From Candidatus Oxydemutatoraceae bacterium (GTDB taxonomy: Bacteria > Pseudomonadota > Gammaproteobacteria > Poriferisulfidales > Oxydemutatoraceae): a stretch of 64,000 nt of DNA. This document shows, piece after piece, positions 19,425-29,269 of this stretch. Both the position numbers and the translations under genes were made by a program. Position 1 is the first letter of the stretch; every line of letters begins with the position of its first letter. Under the pieces are notes generated by a model that had not been told where the DNA came from, made no database searches, and saw only the letters and a list, made by a program, of their open reading frames with translations. The stretch is from positions 1,152,001-1,216,000 of the forward strand of contig CBDCOZ010000003.1 of NCBI GenBank assembly GCA_965220085.1, written 5' to 3'.

Positions 19425-21515
19425 ATGAAAAAATTACTTTTGGTCATCCTGTTGCTGGGAGCGGCATCAGTGTGGGCAAACCCCATGACTGTGCCCCAGG
19501 ATGTGTTAACCATAGCCCAAGCCAATGACCCCGAACCGGATCCTTTGCGTTTGCGTTTGCGCGTATTCTTGGAAGGCCCCTTGCGAGGCGGCTCGTCTTC
19601 GGCCGGGGATCCCCGAACGGGGTCGCGAAGTGATGCGCGCGCACTAGCGCTGGGAAGAAACGTATCAGGAACTATCCAACCGGGCATTACCCATTACTAC
19701 CGTTTTACGCTGTCTTCGCGCGCACTGGTTGGTATTGGAACCACCGGCATGACTGACACCATCCTGCGATTGGAAAACAATGCGGGCACAGTGTTAGCTG
19801 AGAGTGGTAATATTAATATCGGAGGCGCAAACATCAGAATTGTTCGCACTCTTGAACCAGGCACCTATTACATAGCCGTTGCGGGCGTTGCTCCTTCAAC
19901 AACGGGAAGTTACACTCTGGTTCCAACAGCATTATCAACAACCGGACTTCCCCCGAAATTGGGAACAAGAATCTCAGGGACTATCCAACCAGGCATTGTC
20001 GATGCCTACGAATTTACGCTGGATAGGCGCTCAGAGGTTATTCTTGAAACCACTAGCACAATTGACACAGCCGGAATATTGGCAGACGGTATGGGCACAG
20101 TGTTAGCTACGGCCGATGACATTGATCGTAGTGGCGGAAACCTAAATTTCAGAATTAATGAGATTCTTAACGCAGGCACTTATTACATATCCGTTAGGGG
20201 CTTTGCTCCTGACACAACAGGAAGTTACACTCTGCTTAGAACCACAATACCCGTACTAACATTCGGTCTCTCCGAAGAAGGGGATATCTCACCGGAAGGG
20301 GATGTCGATGAATGGTCATTTGCGCTATCTGAGCGCTCAGAGGTTACTATTGAAACCGTTGCCAGTACTCCTTACACATTCGGACGCTTGCTACGCAGTG
20401 ATGGCTCAGTGTTGGCTGATAGTGATGATTTCTCCTCTAATGCTTTTTCTGGCGGAGCCCGTGTTAACGGAAACAAGAATTTCAGCATTACTCAGACTCT
20501 TGAAGCAGGCTCTTATTACATGCGGGTTTCGGCTTGCTGGCAGCGATTCCGCGACGGAGATTGTGACCGGTCTATAGCACAAGGAAGTTACGCTTTGTTT
20601 GCGACCGCCATACCCGCACTAAGCTCGATAGACAGGGCAGAAGAGGCTATCTCACCGGCAGGGGATGTCGATAGATACCAATTTATTCTGTCTTCGCGCT
20701 CAGAGGTTGTTATTCAAACCACCGGCATGACTGACACATTCGGACGATTGGAAAACAGCATGGGCACAGAGTTGGCTACGAGTGATGATATTAGCAAGGA
20801 TGACGAAAATTTCAGAATTACTCGCACTCTTGAAGCAGGCACTTATTACATAGAAGTTAGCGGTCATGATTCTGACGAAACAGGAAGTTACATTGTGTTT
20901 ATAGACACAATACCCGCACTAACATTGGGAGAAAGCGCATCCGGGGATATCTCACCGACAGGGGATCGCGATCGCTACCAATTTGCCCTGTCTTCGCGCG
21001 CGGAGGTTACTTTTGAAACCACCGGCATGACTGACATAATTGGAACATTGTTTGACAGTCGCTTCAACGAGTTGGCTGAGGATGCTGATATTAGCGGCGA
21101 AAACCTAAATTTCAGAATTACTCAGACTCTTGCAGCAGGCACTTATTACATATGGGTTGAGGGTGAGCGCGGAGCAACAGGAACTTACACTCTGATTACA
21201 AAAGGAGAACTCGTGCTAATATTGGGAGAAAGCGTATCAGGGGTTATCTCCCCGGCAGGGGATGTCGATAGGTACCGATTTACGCTGTCTTCGCGCACAC
21301 AGGTTACTTTTGAAACCACCGGCTCAACTGACACATTCGGAAGGTTGTATGACAGTGAGGACACACAGTTGACTAGTAATGATGACAGTGGCCCAGGATA
21401 TAATTTCAGAATTGTTCGCACTCTTGCAGCGGGCACTTATTACATAACCGTTGAGGAACATGGTAATAACAGCACAGGAAGTTATACTTTGATTACGACC
21501 ACAGCAACACCGTGA
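19425..21515 (+). CDS. Secreted protein with ~6 tandem PPC-like (pre-peptidase C-terminal) domains and an N-terminal RLRLRVFLEGPLR motif
   Basis: Signal peptide; repeated ISP.GD.D.Y.F.L...ETTG.TDT.G.L...NFRI..TL.AGTYYI.V units; no catalytic domain seen. Confidence 0.8.
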   Translation: MKKLLLVILLLGAASVWANPMTVPQDVLTIAQANDPEPDPLRLRLRVFLEGPLRGGSSSAGDPRTGSRSDARALALGRNVSGTIQPGITHYYRFTLSSRALVGIGTTGMTDTILRLENNAGTVLAESGNINIGGANIRIVRTLEPGTYYIAVAGVAPSTTGSYTLVPTALSTTGLPPKLGTRISGTIQPGIVDAYEFTLDRRSEVILETTSTIDTAGILADGMGTVLATADDIDRSGGNLNFRINEILNAGTYYISVRGFAPDTTGSYTLLRTTIPVLTFGLSEEGDISPEGDVDEWSFALSERSEVTIETVASTPYTFGRLLRSDGSVLADSDDFSSNAFSGGARVNGNKNFSITQTLEAGSYYMRVSACWQRFRDGDCDRSIAQGSYALFATAIPALSSIDRAEEAISPAGDVDRYQFILSSRSEVVIQTTGMTDTFGRLENSMGTELATSDDISKDDENFRITRTLEAGTYYIEVSGHDSDETGSYIVFIDTIPALTLGESASGDISPTGDRDRYQFALSSRAEVTFETTGMTDIIGTLFDSRFNELAEDADISGENLNFRITQTLAAGTYYIWVEGERGATGTYTLITKGELVLILGESVSGVISPAGDVDRYRFTLSSRTQVTFETTGSTDTFGRLYDSEDTQLTSNDDSGPGYNFRIVRTLAAGTYYITVEEHGNNSTGSYTLITTTATP

Positions 21516-21549
21516 TCGTATTACAGTAAATGTAGTCTTGTAACCGCCG

Positions 21550-21750
21550 GAGGCCTGAGGTGCAAAGTGCCAAAAGGGGTGACCAAAGGGCTGTCGCCGA
21601 AGGAAGTTTCAGAAGAGCGCTATGTCAGTATCCATGCCTTGCGTACCTAGTTGAAGAGCGCCTTCGCTGAGATGGGCGCACGGCGGCAATCGGATGTAGT
21701 GCACAGGGTCATGCAAGCGATTCCCTGCAATATTCTCACGCCGAATTGAG
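21550..21750 (+). pseudogene. Degenerate LuxR-HTH copy with in-frame stop
   Basis: Aligns with 13395-13603 (CAGTATCCATGCCTTGCGTACC-TAG-TTGAAGAG). Confidence 0.75.
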
Positions 21751-21825
21751 ATATTCCCTATTGTTTCTAGTCTTGGAGTTTGTCCGCTACAGTGTCGGCG
21801 GAGCCGAGGTATGTGTCAGGCAACC

Positions 21826-21878
21826 GGGAAATATACCCCATTTGGGTGATAGACGAGCATGCACAGAAGGTATAGCAT
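21826..21878 (+). promoter_or_regulatory. Conserved palindromic box plus -10 (TAGCAT) upstream of haloperoxidase 2
   Basis: GGGAAATATACCCCATTTGGGTGAT; TAGCAT at 21873. Confidence 0.75.
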
Positions 21879-21972
21879 CAAAAGTATGGCTAAGCATATT
21901 AACGCTAAGCTTAGTTTTATGAGTGGTAGTTTAGAGTACTAAACTGTTATAGCAATTGAGAGGAGAGAAAAG

Positions 21973-23820
21973 ATGAACAGATTTAATCGGTTTCGCCGCA
22001 AAGAAGCTTTCGCAGTCAGAACAGATGCCGCAGAAATGGCATCATCGCGTCCGCATCCGAGACACATAGCTAATGACGATGAACATCGTTACCCATGTTA
22101 TCCGGCCAGCTTCACCAAAGGGATGCCACACGACTATGATACCGGGCTGATTAGTAACCCTCAGGTGTTTGTAGATTTCATAAAGGCAATTGATAGCGGA
22201 GACCCAAGGGACTTTAAAGATGTCGCATTGGGTCCCAGTGGCGGAAAGTGTAAGCGCTCCTATAAGGAATGTAAGTGTCATGTTACTGAGGAATGGGAAT
22301 CTAAGATAGCGCAGTGCCTGCCTAAGTGCGAAAGGAAAGGAAAAGAGGCAAAGGTTAGGGCATGGGAAAGCCAAAGTGCTGGAAATGCCTTTGACTTGGA
22401 GGGGCCAGATGCCCAATCAGTGACTATGCCTCCGGCACCCGCTCTCGACAGTGATGAGTTAGTTGCGGAAATGGCTGAGGTTTATGCTCAGGCTCTGCTA
22501 CGGGACTATTCTTTTGAGGATATAGATAATGTTATAGGTGGTGTTGCACCCCCACCCAATCCTTGTGCAAAGGGGGACAATGTGCCACCGATTAAGGAGG
22601 TAATTGACTGCTTAAAGGATTTGGAGTTTTATAACAAGGTATCGAAATGTTGCAAGAAAGGCGCGAATAATAGGAATAGATTCAGGGGGAATACCTATGG
22701 TGATGATGTGGGGCCTTATATTTCACAATTCCTGTTAATAGGTAACACGGGCCTTAATAGGTGTGACAAAGAACCTGACAGGGACCAAGATTCTGACAGG
22801 AGTGAGGCATCGGGGCGTATCGCTTTCGGAGCCTTGGACATTGATCAACGCGTACGTGTTGCCGAACCCTGTAAAGACTATATGACGACATGGAATGAAT
22901 GGTTTGACGTTCAGCAAGGGGCGGATGTGAGAGGCCAAGAGGATTATGCTAATAAACCGCCGCGCAGATTTATTGCCACCCCACGAGACTTGGCAACCTA
23001 TGTGCATTATGACGCTCTATATCAGGCGTACTTGAATGCATGTTTAATTATGCTGGGCTCAGGAGTTCCTTTTGATCCGGGCATCCCATTTCAGGAAGAA
23101 GACTGCATTGATCACCAGCAGGGGTTTGCCCTGTTCGGCCCGCCACATATATTGACTTTGGTTACCGAAGTGGCTACTCGTGCTCTGAAAGCTGTGCGTT
23201 TCCAGAAATTTAATGTTCACCGCAGAATGCGACCGGAAGTTTTGGCAGCAAGGTTACACAATAGCGATGCAGTAGATAAAAAATTAGAACGACAATTAGA
23301 ACGAAAATCAGTAGAGAAAGTTACATTATTCGGCGATATGGCTGAGGAACCAGGACTGAAGTGTATCCTCGGATTAATCAATGGGAAGAACGGGGGTGCG
23401 CCAGGAGGAGCAAATTACCTATTGCCAATGGCCTACCCGGAAGGTTCTCCCATGCACCCGTCTTACGGTGCGGGGCATGCCACTGTGGCAGGAGCATGTG
23501 TCACCATCCTCAAAGCTTTCTTTGATACCAAGGCTGTTATACCGCAGGCATACATACCCAATCCTGCAGCTGGTTATACGACTTTAATACCAGACCCTAA
23601 AAATCCTTTGTTGACCGTTGAAGGGGAGCTTAACAAACTTGCTTCAAATATTTCCATTGGGCGCAACTGGGCAGGTGTTCACTTTTATAGTGATTACATT
23701 GAGTCAATCAGGTTGGGAGAACAAATTGCGATTGGTATCCTTGAGGAACAAAAGCTGACATACCATGAAAATTTCTCAATGACAGTTCCTCTATTTGATG
23801 GTGGCGCTATCAGGATATAA
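21973..23820 (+). CDS. Vanadium-dependent haloperoxidase, second paralog
   Basis: RFQKFNVHRRMRPE, HPSYGAGHATVAGACVT, ISIGRNWAGVHFYSD. Confidence 0.93.
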   Translation: MNRFNRFRRKEAFAVRTDAAEMASSRPHPRHIANDDEHRYPCYPASFTKGMPHDYDTGLISNPQVFVDFIKAIDSGDPRDFKDVALGPSGGKCKRSYKECKCHVTEEWESKIAQCLPKCERKGKEAKVRAWESQSAGNAFDLEGPDAQSVTMPPAPALDSDELVAEMAEVYAQALLRDYSFEDIDNVIGGVAPPPNPCAKGDNVPPIKEVIDCLKDLEFYNKVSKCCKKGANNRNRFRGNTYGDDVGPYISQFLLIGNTGLNRCDKEPDRDQDSDRSEASGRIAFGALDIDQRVRVAEPCKDYMTTWNEWFDVQQGADVRGQEDYANKPPRRFIATPRDLATYVHYDALYQAYLNACLIMLGSGVPFDPGIPFQEEDCIDHQQGFALFGPPHILTLVTEVATRALKAVRFQKFNVHRRMRPEVLAARLHNSDAVDKKLERQLERKSVEKVTLFGDMAEEPGLKCILGLINGKNGGAPGGANYLLPMAYPEGSPMHPSYGAGHATVAGACVTILKAFFDTKAVIPQAYIPNPAAGYTTLIPDPKNPLLTVEGELNKLASNISIGRNWAGVHFYSDYIESIRLGEQIAIGILEEQKLTYHENFSMTVPLFDGGAIRI

Positions 23821-23826
23821 GATTAA

Positions 23827-24795
23827 ATGCCGACTGAAAAAATGTTCAATCATAAAAAGAGAAGCGGGTTCTTCAGGTGCACACTGTTAGTTTTCGTAGT
23901 GGGCCTACAAGGCGGGTGCGCCTCATGGATTGGTAGTGACGAAGCTAATTTAGCGAAAGATGGTCCTGAACCAATATTTGATTCAGAGTCACTAGAGACC
24001 TACAAAGAAGATCAGAATAAGGCATACGATACCTTTGAGGAAATAGTTAGGAAGAGGGGTAATGCTAACCCTAGTGCTGACGATGTTATTTCAGCAGGGA
24101 TGCAGTACGCAGATGCTAGATGTTCTGAATATCTAGAGTCACTGTACTGGGTTGATAAACAACTAAAAGCTGACATAAAGGATGCTAATGCGGCAGGGAC
24201 ATTAGCCTCGGGTGTGCTGGGTGCCACGAAAGCGGCAGCTAAGGAAATAGCAAGTGTCGCAGTTTTGTTTGGATACCGTGAGGATGTTCTTAATAATGCC
24301 GGAAGTAGAGTGCTATTTGATCTTGATCCATCTACTATTCAATCACTGGTTGAACGTAGCCAAAAAGTATTTAGGGAGCGGTTGAAATCTGGGTATAAAA
24401 AAGCGGACGCTCTCTCAGTTATCAGAGAGTATGATACCCTTTGCTCATCCTCAAGGATAGAAGCAGAGGTTAATGACACTATGAAGAAGGTTGATCTAGT
24501 GGCAACAGAAGGAGATGTCGAGAAAGGTGAACCGCCCAAGGTTTCAGTCGATGACCCTAGAATCCACACCTATGGCTCTGATATTAATAGCTTGTTACTT
24601 GAATCGTATGCGTTCCCTGGAAACGAGAAGAACGATGCCGCGCATAAAGCATTGAAAGAGTGGATGGAAAAAGAAGGCATCGATATTCCAGTCGCGGTTT
24701 TTTTGATGTCTAGCGAACACAAGCCCAAATGGGAAAAAGCAGTTGACTACCTGTACAAACACGGTAATCCAAAATTGAAGGTGATTCCAAATTGA
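23827..24795 (+). CDS. Hypothetical lipoprotein
   Basis: Lipobox LQGGC; starts 6 nt after haloperoxidase 2. Confidence 0.7.
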   Translation: MPTEKMFNHKKRSGFFRCTLLVFVVGLQGGCASWIGSDEANLAKDGPEPIFDSESLETYKEDQNKAYDTFEEIVRKRGNANPSADDVISAGMQYADARCSEYLESLYWVDKQLKADIKDANAAGTLASGVLGATKAAAKEIASVAVLFGYREDVLNNAGSRVLFDLDPSTIQSLVERSQKVFRERLKSGYKKADALSVIREYDTLCSSSRIEAEVNDTMKKVDLVATEGDVEKGEPPKVSVDDPRIHTYGSDINSLLLESYAFPGNEKNDAAHKALKEWMEKEGIDIPVAVFLMSSEHKPKWEKAVDYLYKHGNPKLKVIPN

Positions 24796-24811
24796 AATAG
24801 GAGGTGAAGAT

Positions 24812-24955
24812 ATGCCTAGTCATGAAATTAAAAATGTGCCTGAGTCGAAATTAATTGGGGGGATAAAAAACCTGCTTCAAGACGGCGCAATTGAAGTCTG
24901 TGTTAGGAAGCAATCTGACGGCACTTACACCATTAAGGCAGCATATCCTAGTTAA
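24812..24955 (+). CDS. Small protein, 47 aa (MPSHEIKNVPESKLIGGIKNLLQDGAIEVCVRKQSDGTYTIKAAYPS)
   Basis: SD AGGAGGT; paralog of 10556-10726. Confidence 0.72.
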   Translation: MPSHEIKNVPESKLIGGIKNLLQDGAIEVCVRKQSDGTYTIKAAYPS

Positions 24956-25091
24956 GTTTGCATAATAAGGGTGCTGTGCCCGAAGCGATAAGTTTATCGT
25001 GATGGAGGCGCTATCGCTGGGTTGTGCCTCCCGCATGATTGATACGCTGCCGAAGTCGTACTCCCCGGATCATGCCCGTGGACATGCTTTT

Positions 25092-25685
25092 TAAGTTTGT
25101 TATACGGAGGAATGCCCGACGCTCACTGATGAAGAAATACGAAGGGTAAAGAATCCTAAGAGATACGGGGAGCTGTCCTGAAAGTGTTGTTCATAAGGGT
25201 GAGCATTACGCAATAGTTGAGATGAAATGGGATGGAAATCCCTGTTACGGTATCCATTGGTTTAACACTATTAAGGAATAGTTACCCACATTCACATGGT
25301 GATTCAACTTTCTAAAATAGATCGGGTTAACTTGCGTATAAGGTTATCTGACCTTAAAGAGAAGTTTAGAAAGTATCGTAAAGACAAGGATGATGATAGA
25401 TCTGATTTAGTGGCCTCCTTTAAACTTCTGTGGGCGGATATTGAACCCTCTATACTGCAACATCGATTGCCTAATAATCAAGCGGCGATTGAACCTCCGG
25501 CTTTTACGCGACGAGAATTAGAGGAGGTTGCCATTGAATTAGAGAGGCAGATGGTCAAGACCTGTACCCCCCCTGGTGCCGGTACTAATCTGTACAATTG
25601 GTTTGCCTCTATGGAGCCGCATACCATCGAAACTGGTATAGTTACTCGTATAAACAGCCAATCGTGCCGTAATGCGCCTTCCTAA
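25092..25685 (+). pseudogene. Chimeric pseudogene: frameshifted paralog of 27642-28040 fused to a copy of the 3' part of 17437-19383
   Basis: TTACGCAATAGTTG..ATGAAATGG and ATTCACATGGTGATTCAA are shared with the 27642 gene; IDRVNL..RLSDLKEKFRKYRKD...ELERQMVKTCTP is shared with the 17437 gene. Confidence 0.75.
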
Positions 25686-25789
25686 ATAGGTTTGTCTGGC
25701 ACAGGTTGTGCGCTACAAGAATGCAACAGGGGAATTGCGAGGATGATGCCGATAATGCTCGTTAATTCCCCGGTTGGTCCCAGTCAATA

Positions 25790-25860
25790 ATCGTCGGATA
25801 GATTATCTGCTATGGTTTAACACCCAACGACCACACTACGGACTAAAGCTTCGGGTGCTC
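25790..25860 (+). mobile_element. Transposase remnant (integrase-core C-terminus, IS3/IS481-like)
   Basis: Translates to DYLLWFNTQRPHYGL, resembling the YN..RPH..L motif; no intact IS visible. Confidence 0.45.
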
Positions 25861-25980
25861 ATGACCCACAACATTTGCCCATGTCCGACATGTCTTGGCA
25901 TCCTACATATTCTTTATGCTCTCTGGCGTTGGAATTTGCCGGCGACAGTATCGGCGGATGCCGATATGTGTCAAGCAACC

Positions 25981-26033
25981 GGGAAATATACCCCATTTGG
26001 GTGATGTCTGACATGCGGAGAAGGATATATCAT
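25981..26033 (+). promoter_or_regulatory. Conserved palindromic box plus -10 (TATCAT) upstream of the traT-like gene
   Basis: GGGAAATATACCCCATTTGGGTGATG; TATCAT at 26028. Confidence 0.75.
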
Positions 26034-26119
26034 AAAAAGATAACATATAGAAAAATCTATATATCAGAGAATGTAATGAATTTAACTAAAAGGAGGTAAA
26101 GACAGTATATTCTTTCAAA

Positions 26120-27058
26120 ATGCTCACTTATAAAAATATCAAGAGTATTTTTCTGACATTAATCGTGTGTGCTTTGTTGGCCGGCTGTGCCAGCGAGCCC
26201 CGCTATTCACAAGCGGCGATGCAGAAACGAACCGCGACAGGCGTTGCCATAAAACCCAGCGAGACCGGGCGCGCAATGACCCCGTCTGTGGAATATATCC
26301 GCGTAAAAATGGAAAGGAGCATCTTCCTAGACCCGCCGGAAGGCAATGCGAATACCTACGTGCGTGTTCGTGACACTTCCGGACGGAACTGGGGGATCGA
26401 ATTGGAAAAAGTGGTAGCGCAAGAGCTGAACAGACGAGGGTTTAGGGCGGTAAAAGATGCCACGAACGCGGCTTATGCCATCAATGTCAATGTGCTGTTT
26501 GTGGATGAAGCATCGGCAGCTGAGATTGCCCAACTGGATGAGACGGAGTATGGCCAAAGCCTCTCCGGACTGGTTGGTTCCACCCTAGTCGGCGCCGTTG
26601 CCGGCGGCGTCGGGGGAGGGATGATCGACGACGGAGGCCTTGGCGGTGTGGCCGTAGGCACCGTAGTAGGAGCGGCCGCCGGCGGACTGGCGAATACGCT
26701 CTACAGTGACAGTCGAGACGAACTGATCAAAGCACAACAGGAAACAAAGTTCTTTTCTGTGGTAGCCGACATCGAGGTACGCGAGAGAATCAAGAGCGGC
26801 ATCATCAAGCGAACGCACAAGACTGCCCGGCAAACGAAAAAGAAAGCCGGGTCCAGCGGTGACCTTGTCGATAACAGAGATTCCGGAGGACAAACAGTAA
26901 CACAGGCGAGCACGGAAGTCGCCGAGGGGGAGACGAGCAACTGGAAGCGACACCAAACCCGAATGACCGGCAAGGCAAAAGGCAAGCTGGTTGTCTTCGA
27001 AGATGTTCAAGGTGACTTTGCCATGAAGATGGCAAGATCATTAGCGGGGTTAATCTAA
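26120..27058 (+). CDS. TraT-family (complement resistance / surface exclusion) lipoprotein
   Basis: Lipobox LAGC; KMERSIFLDP, YVRVRDTS, glycine zipper, DIEVRER, WKRHQTR, C-terminal SLAGLI follow the TraT layout. Confidence 0.75.
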   Translation: MLTYKNIKSIFLTLIVCALLAGCASEPRYSQAAMQKRTATGVAIKPSETGRAMTPSVEYIRVKMERSIFLDPPEGNANTYVRVRDTSGRNWGIELEKVVAQELNRRGFRAVKDATNAAYAINVNVLFVDEASAAEIAQLDETEYGQSLSGLVGSTLVGAVAGGVGGGMIDDGGLGGVAVGTVVGAAAGGLANTLYSDSRDELIKAQQETKFFSVVADIEVRERIKSGIIKRTHKTARQTKKKAGSSGDLVDNRDSGGQTVTQASTEVAEGETSNWKRHQTRMTGKAKGKLVVFEDVQGDFAMKMARSLAGLI

Positions 27059-27059
27059 G

Positions 27060-27497
27060 ATGAAAAATCATACAAAAAATTCTCTTGCGCTGTTGTGCGC
27101 AGTCTCGATCTTCGTCTGTGTCGGTTGCAGCGCTCAGGCTTACAAGCAGATATCATGGACACATCCCTCCGGCAACGATTGGGATATAGACTCTGCTATT
27201 TGCTTGCAACATTCGGGTACGCTGACCGCAGCCGATCAAGCGGAGATAAAAAGGATTGAAGCATCCGCAAAAAGCGACAAGCAATCCGCGCAGGTCATGG
27301 CGGATACTTACCAGATTGGCGAAACTATGCAGTCATTGCAAGGTGTGCCGGTTGATGAAGATTTGGGCTTAGCTATGGATGTTGTGACCGGAGCGCTTTC
27401 TTTTGTGGCGTCTGCTGAGGAACAAACTGCCACAGAAGTAGTCAAGAAAAATAAGTTTGCTGCCTGTATGAGAAACAGAGGGTGGAGTGAAATTTAA
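27060..27497 (+). CDS. Hypothetical lipoprotein
   Basis: VGC lipobox; D...C and CM..RGW motifs typical of small lipoproteins. Confidence 0.7.
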   Translation: MKNHTKNSLALLCAVSIFVCVGCSAQAYKQISWTHPSGNDWDIDSAICLQHSGTLTAADQAEIKRIEASAKSDKQSAQVMADTYQIGETMQSLQGVPVDEDLGLAMDVVTGALSFVASAEEQTATEVVKKNKFAACMRNRGWSEI

Positions 27498-27576
27498 GTC
27501 GTGTAAGCAGCGGCTGACAAAGTTGCCGGTAAAAAGCTTAAAGCGTAAGCTTGTACTGTCGGACAGACTAACTTGC

Positions 27577-27607
27577 AACCGCCGCGCTTCGGTGCGGCGG
27601 TTTTTTT
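27577..27607 (+). terminator. Intrinsic terminator
   Basis: AACCGCCGCGC-TTCG-GTGCGGCGGTTTTTTT. Confidence 0.9.
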
Positions 27608-27641
27608 AACTGCAATCATTTTGTTATGAGGAGGATATCCA

Positions 27642-28040
27642 ATGTCTGCTGATAAGCTTACTCGCGAAGAGATATTAAGTGTAAGTAACCCTGTTAAGAA
27701 TGGGGGAAACTGCCCAGATCATTTCGTTTATACTGACGGCTACAATTACGCAATAGTTGCTATGAAATGGAGAAAAGATGAGGATAGCTCTTATGATTAT
27801 TGCTTGGGTATCCGTTGGTTTCGCCCCTTAAAGAATGGCTATCCATATTCACATGGTGATTCAAAAGAAGGGCGGTGGTTTGTTTTGCCAGATGCGCCAG
27901 ATACATTGAATAGGTGTATTCTGGAATTTGTGAAAAAAGAAAAACGTCGCCACCCTAATGAAAAAAGTCGCTTCCCTACTGATGAAGAATTAAGTGAGAT
28001 AGAACAGTTTCTCTTTTCTAAGAACTCTTGCAAAGAGTGA
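27642..28040 (+). CDS. Hypothetical protein
   Basis: GAGGAGG SD; degenerate paralog at about 25092. Confidence 0.7.
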   Translation: MSADKLTREEILSVSNPVKNGGNCPDHFVYTDGYNYAIVAMKWRKDEDSSYDYCLGIRWFRPLKNGYPYSHGDSKEGRWFVLPDAPDTLNRCILEFVKKEKRRHPNEKSRFPTDEELSEIEQFLFSKNSCKE

Positions 28041-28245
28041 AGCGGATAGGTTTGGTGTAAAGCGGTAGGTTTTGCGCCGGCTGATTCAGATCCCGTGAAA
28101 GCCGCTACCCCTTTTGTTACCTTCAAAATCTGTTCGTAATTTGTGCGGCGGTTTTCTTGACCTTCATATTCTTTGCTGATACCTTTGCAAAGGCTTTATA
28201 ATAGCCGGAGCAAATCTCATTAACCGACTTAAGGGGTACAAATAC

Positions 28246-28407
28246 ATGAAAAAAGAACGAGACGACGGGTTCCATGTGGACGACCTCGGGAATATAACTC
28301 GCAGTGTGGAAAGCTTATTAAATGATCCCGAGGTTATCAAGGACATGGAAAGAACCGGCAAGATTGTTCAAGAACATATAGAAAGACGCAAAAGGGAAAG
28401 TCGATAA
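28246..28407 (+). CDS. Small protein, 53 aa (MKKERDDGFHVDDLGNITRSVESLLNDPEVIKDMERTGKIVQEHIERRKRESR)
   Basis: AAGGGG SD-like sequence; ends 18 nt before the next gene. Confidence 0.55.
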   Translation: MKKERDDGFHVDDLGNITRSVESLLNDPEVIKDMERTGKIVQEHIERRKRESR

Positions 28408-28425
28408 TCTGCGATAGCTTCTCGG

Positions 28426-29253
28426 ATGCCTGTTAATTCATTTGCAATAGTTCCGCTTCTGGTGCTCCCGCTTCTGGGCGGTGTCCTTTTCATCACGAAC
28501 GCCCCCTACATAAAATACATAGTCCGCAACTTTTCCGGTCAATGGCTTATTCTATGGGCGGCCTTGGCAGGTGTTTTGTTGCTCGCAATAGCCCACCTCG
28601 TCGTTGTATTTGCCATATCGCCGATTTGGGCCGAATCACCCAATCGGTTTGCGTCACTTTGGAACGAAATATTCCCCGCTCCTTACTCTCTGTCATTTAC
28701 TCTGGCTTTTTTATTGGGTTGCTTGCCTTGGGTTCTGTTCACATTACTTGCCTGGTGTCCTTACACATCCAAAAAGGTTAAAAATCTGAATGACAAAATG
28801 GTAGGGAAAGCAATTAAGAGGTTTGGCAACGGGGCTGAAAACCTATTCTATGAAGCAACCAAAGGCAAACAACAAATATCTATCACAACCAAAAGCGGAA
28901 AAGTTTACATCGGATATATCATTCGCCGCAAACCCGTCGCATTGCATAGCGACTCATCCTATGTCGGAATTCTGCCGACCGCCAGCGGTTACCGGGATGC
29001 GGTCACGAAAAAGATGGAACTCACCACAGACTATCGTTGGATACGGGAGAAGGGCATCGCGGTGAATGCCAAAGAGGAGACCGCGCATAGCGCGACCCAT
29101 GCCGAGGAGGAAGCTGCAAATAGTGTGGATAAGGACATGGTGTTTGCCAAGTACTTCCCATTCTCCGAAATCGCCATTCTCTCAAGGTTTAACCCCAACA
29201 TCGACAGTTCCGGTTTCTCCGCAGAGGCGGATGACTTTGCCGACAAGAGATAG
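28426..29253 (+). CDS. Hypothetical membrane protein (N-terminal TM helices, soluble C-terminal domain)
   Basis: Three hydrophobic segments, then ITTKSGKVYIGYI. Confidence 0.7.
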   Translation: MPVNSFAIVPLLVLPLLGGVLFITNAPYIKYIVRNFSGQWLILWAALAGVLLLAIAHLVVVFAISPIWAESPNRFASLWNEIFPAPYSLSFTLAFLLGCLPWVLFTLLAWCPYTSKKVKNLNDKMVGKAIKRFGNGAENLFYEATKGKQQISITTKSGKVYIGYIIRRKPVALHSDSSYVGILPTASGYRDAVTKKMELTTDYRWIREKGIAVNAKEETAHSATHAEEEAANSVDKDMVFAKYFPFSEIAILSRFNPNIDSSGFSAEADDFADKR

Positions 29254-29269
29254 CATGCCCGCTTTATAC

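Noticed and set aside
12985-27497. Integron cassette array
   Set aside because: No intI and no attC-like RYYYAAC...GTTRRRY structures recognised; the repeated element lies upstream of genes and looks like a promoter.
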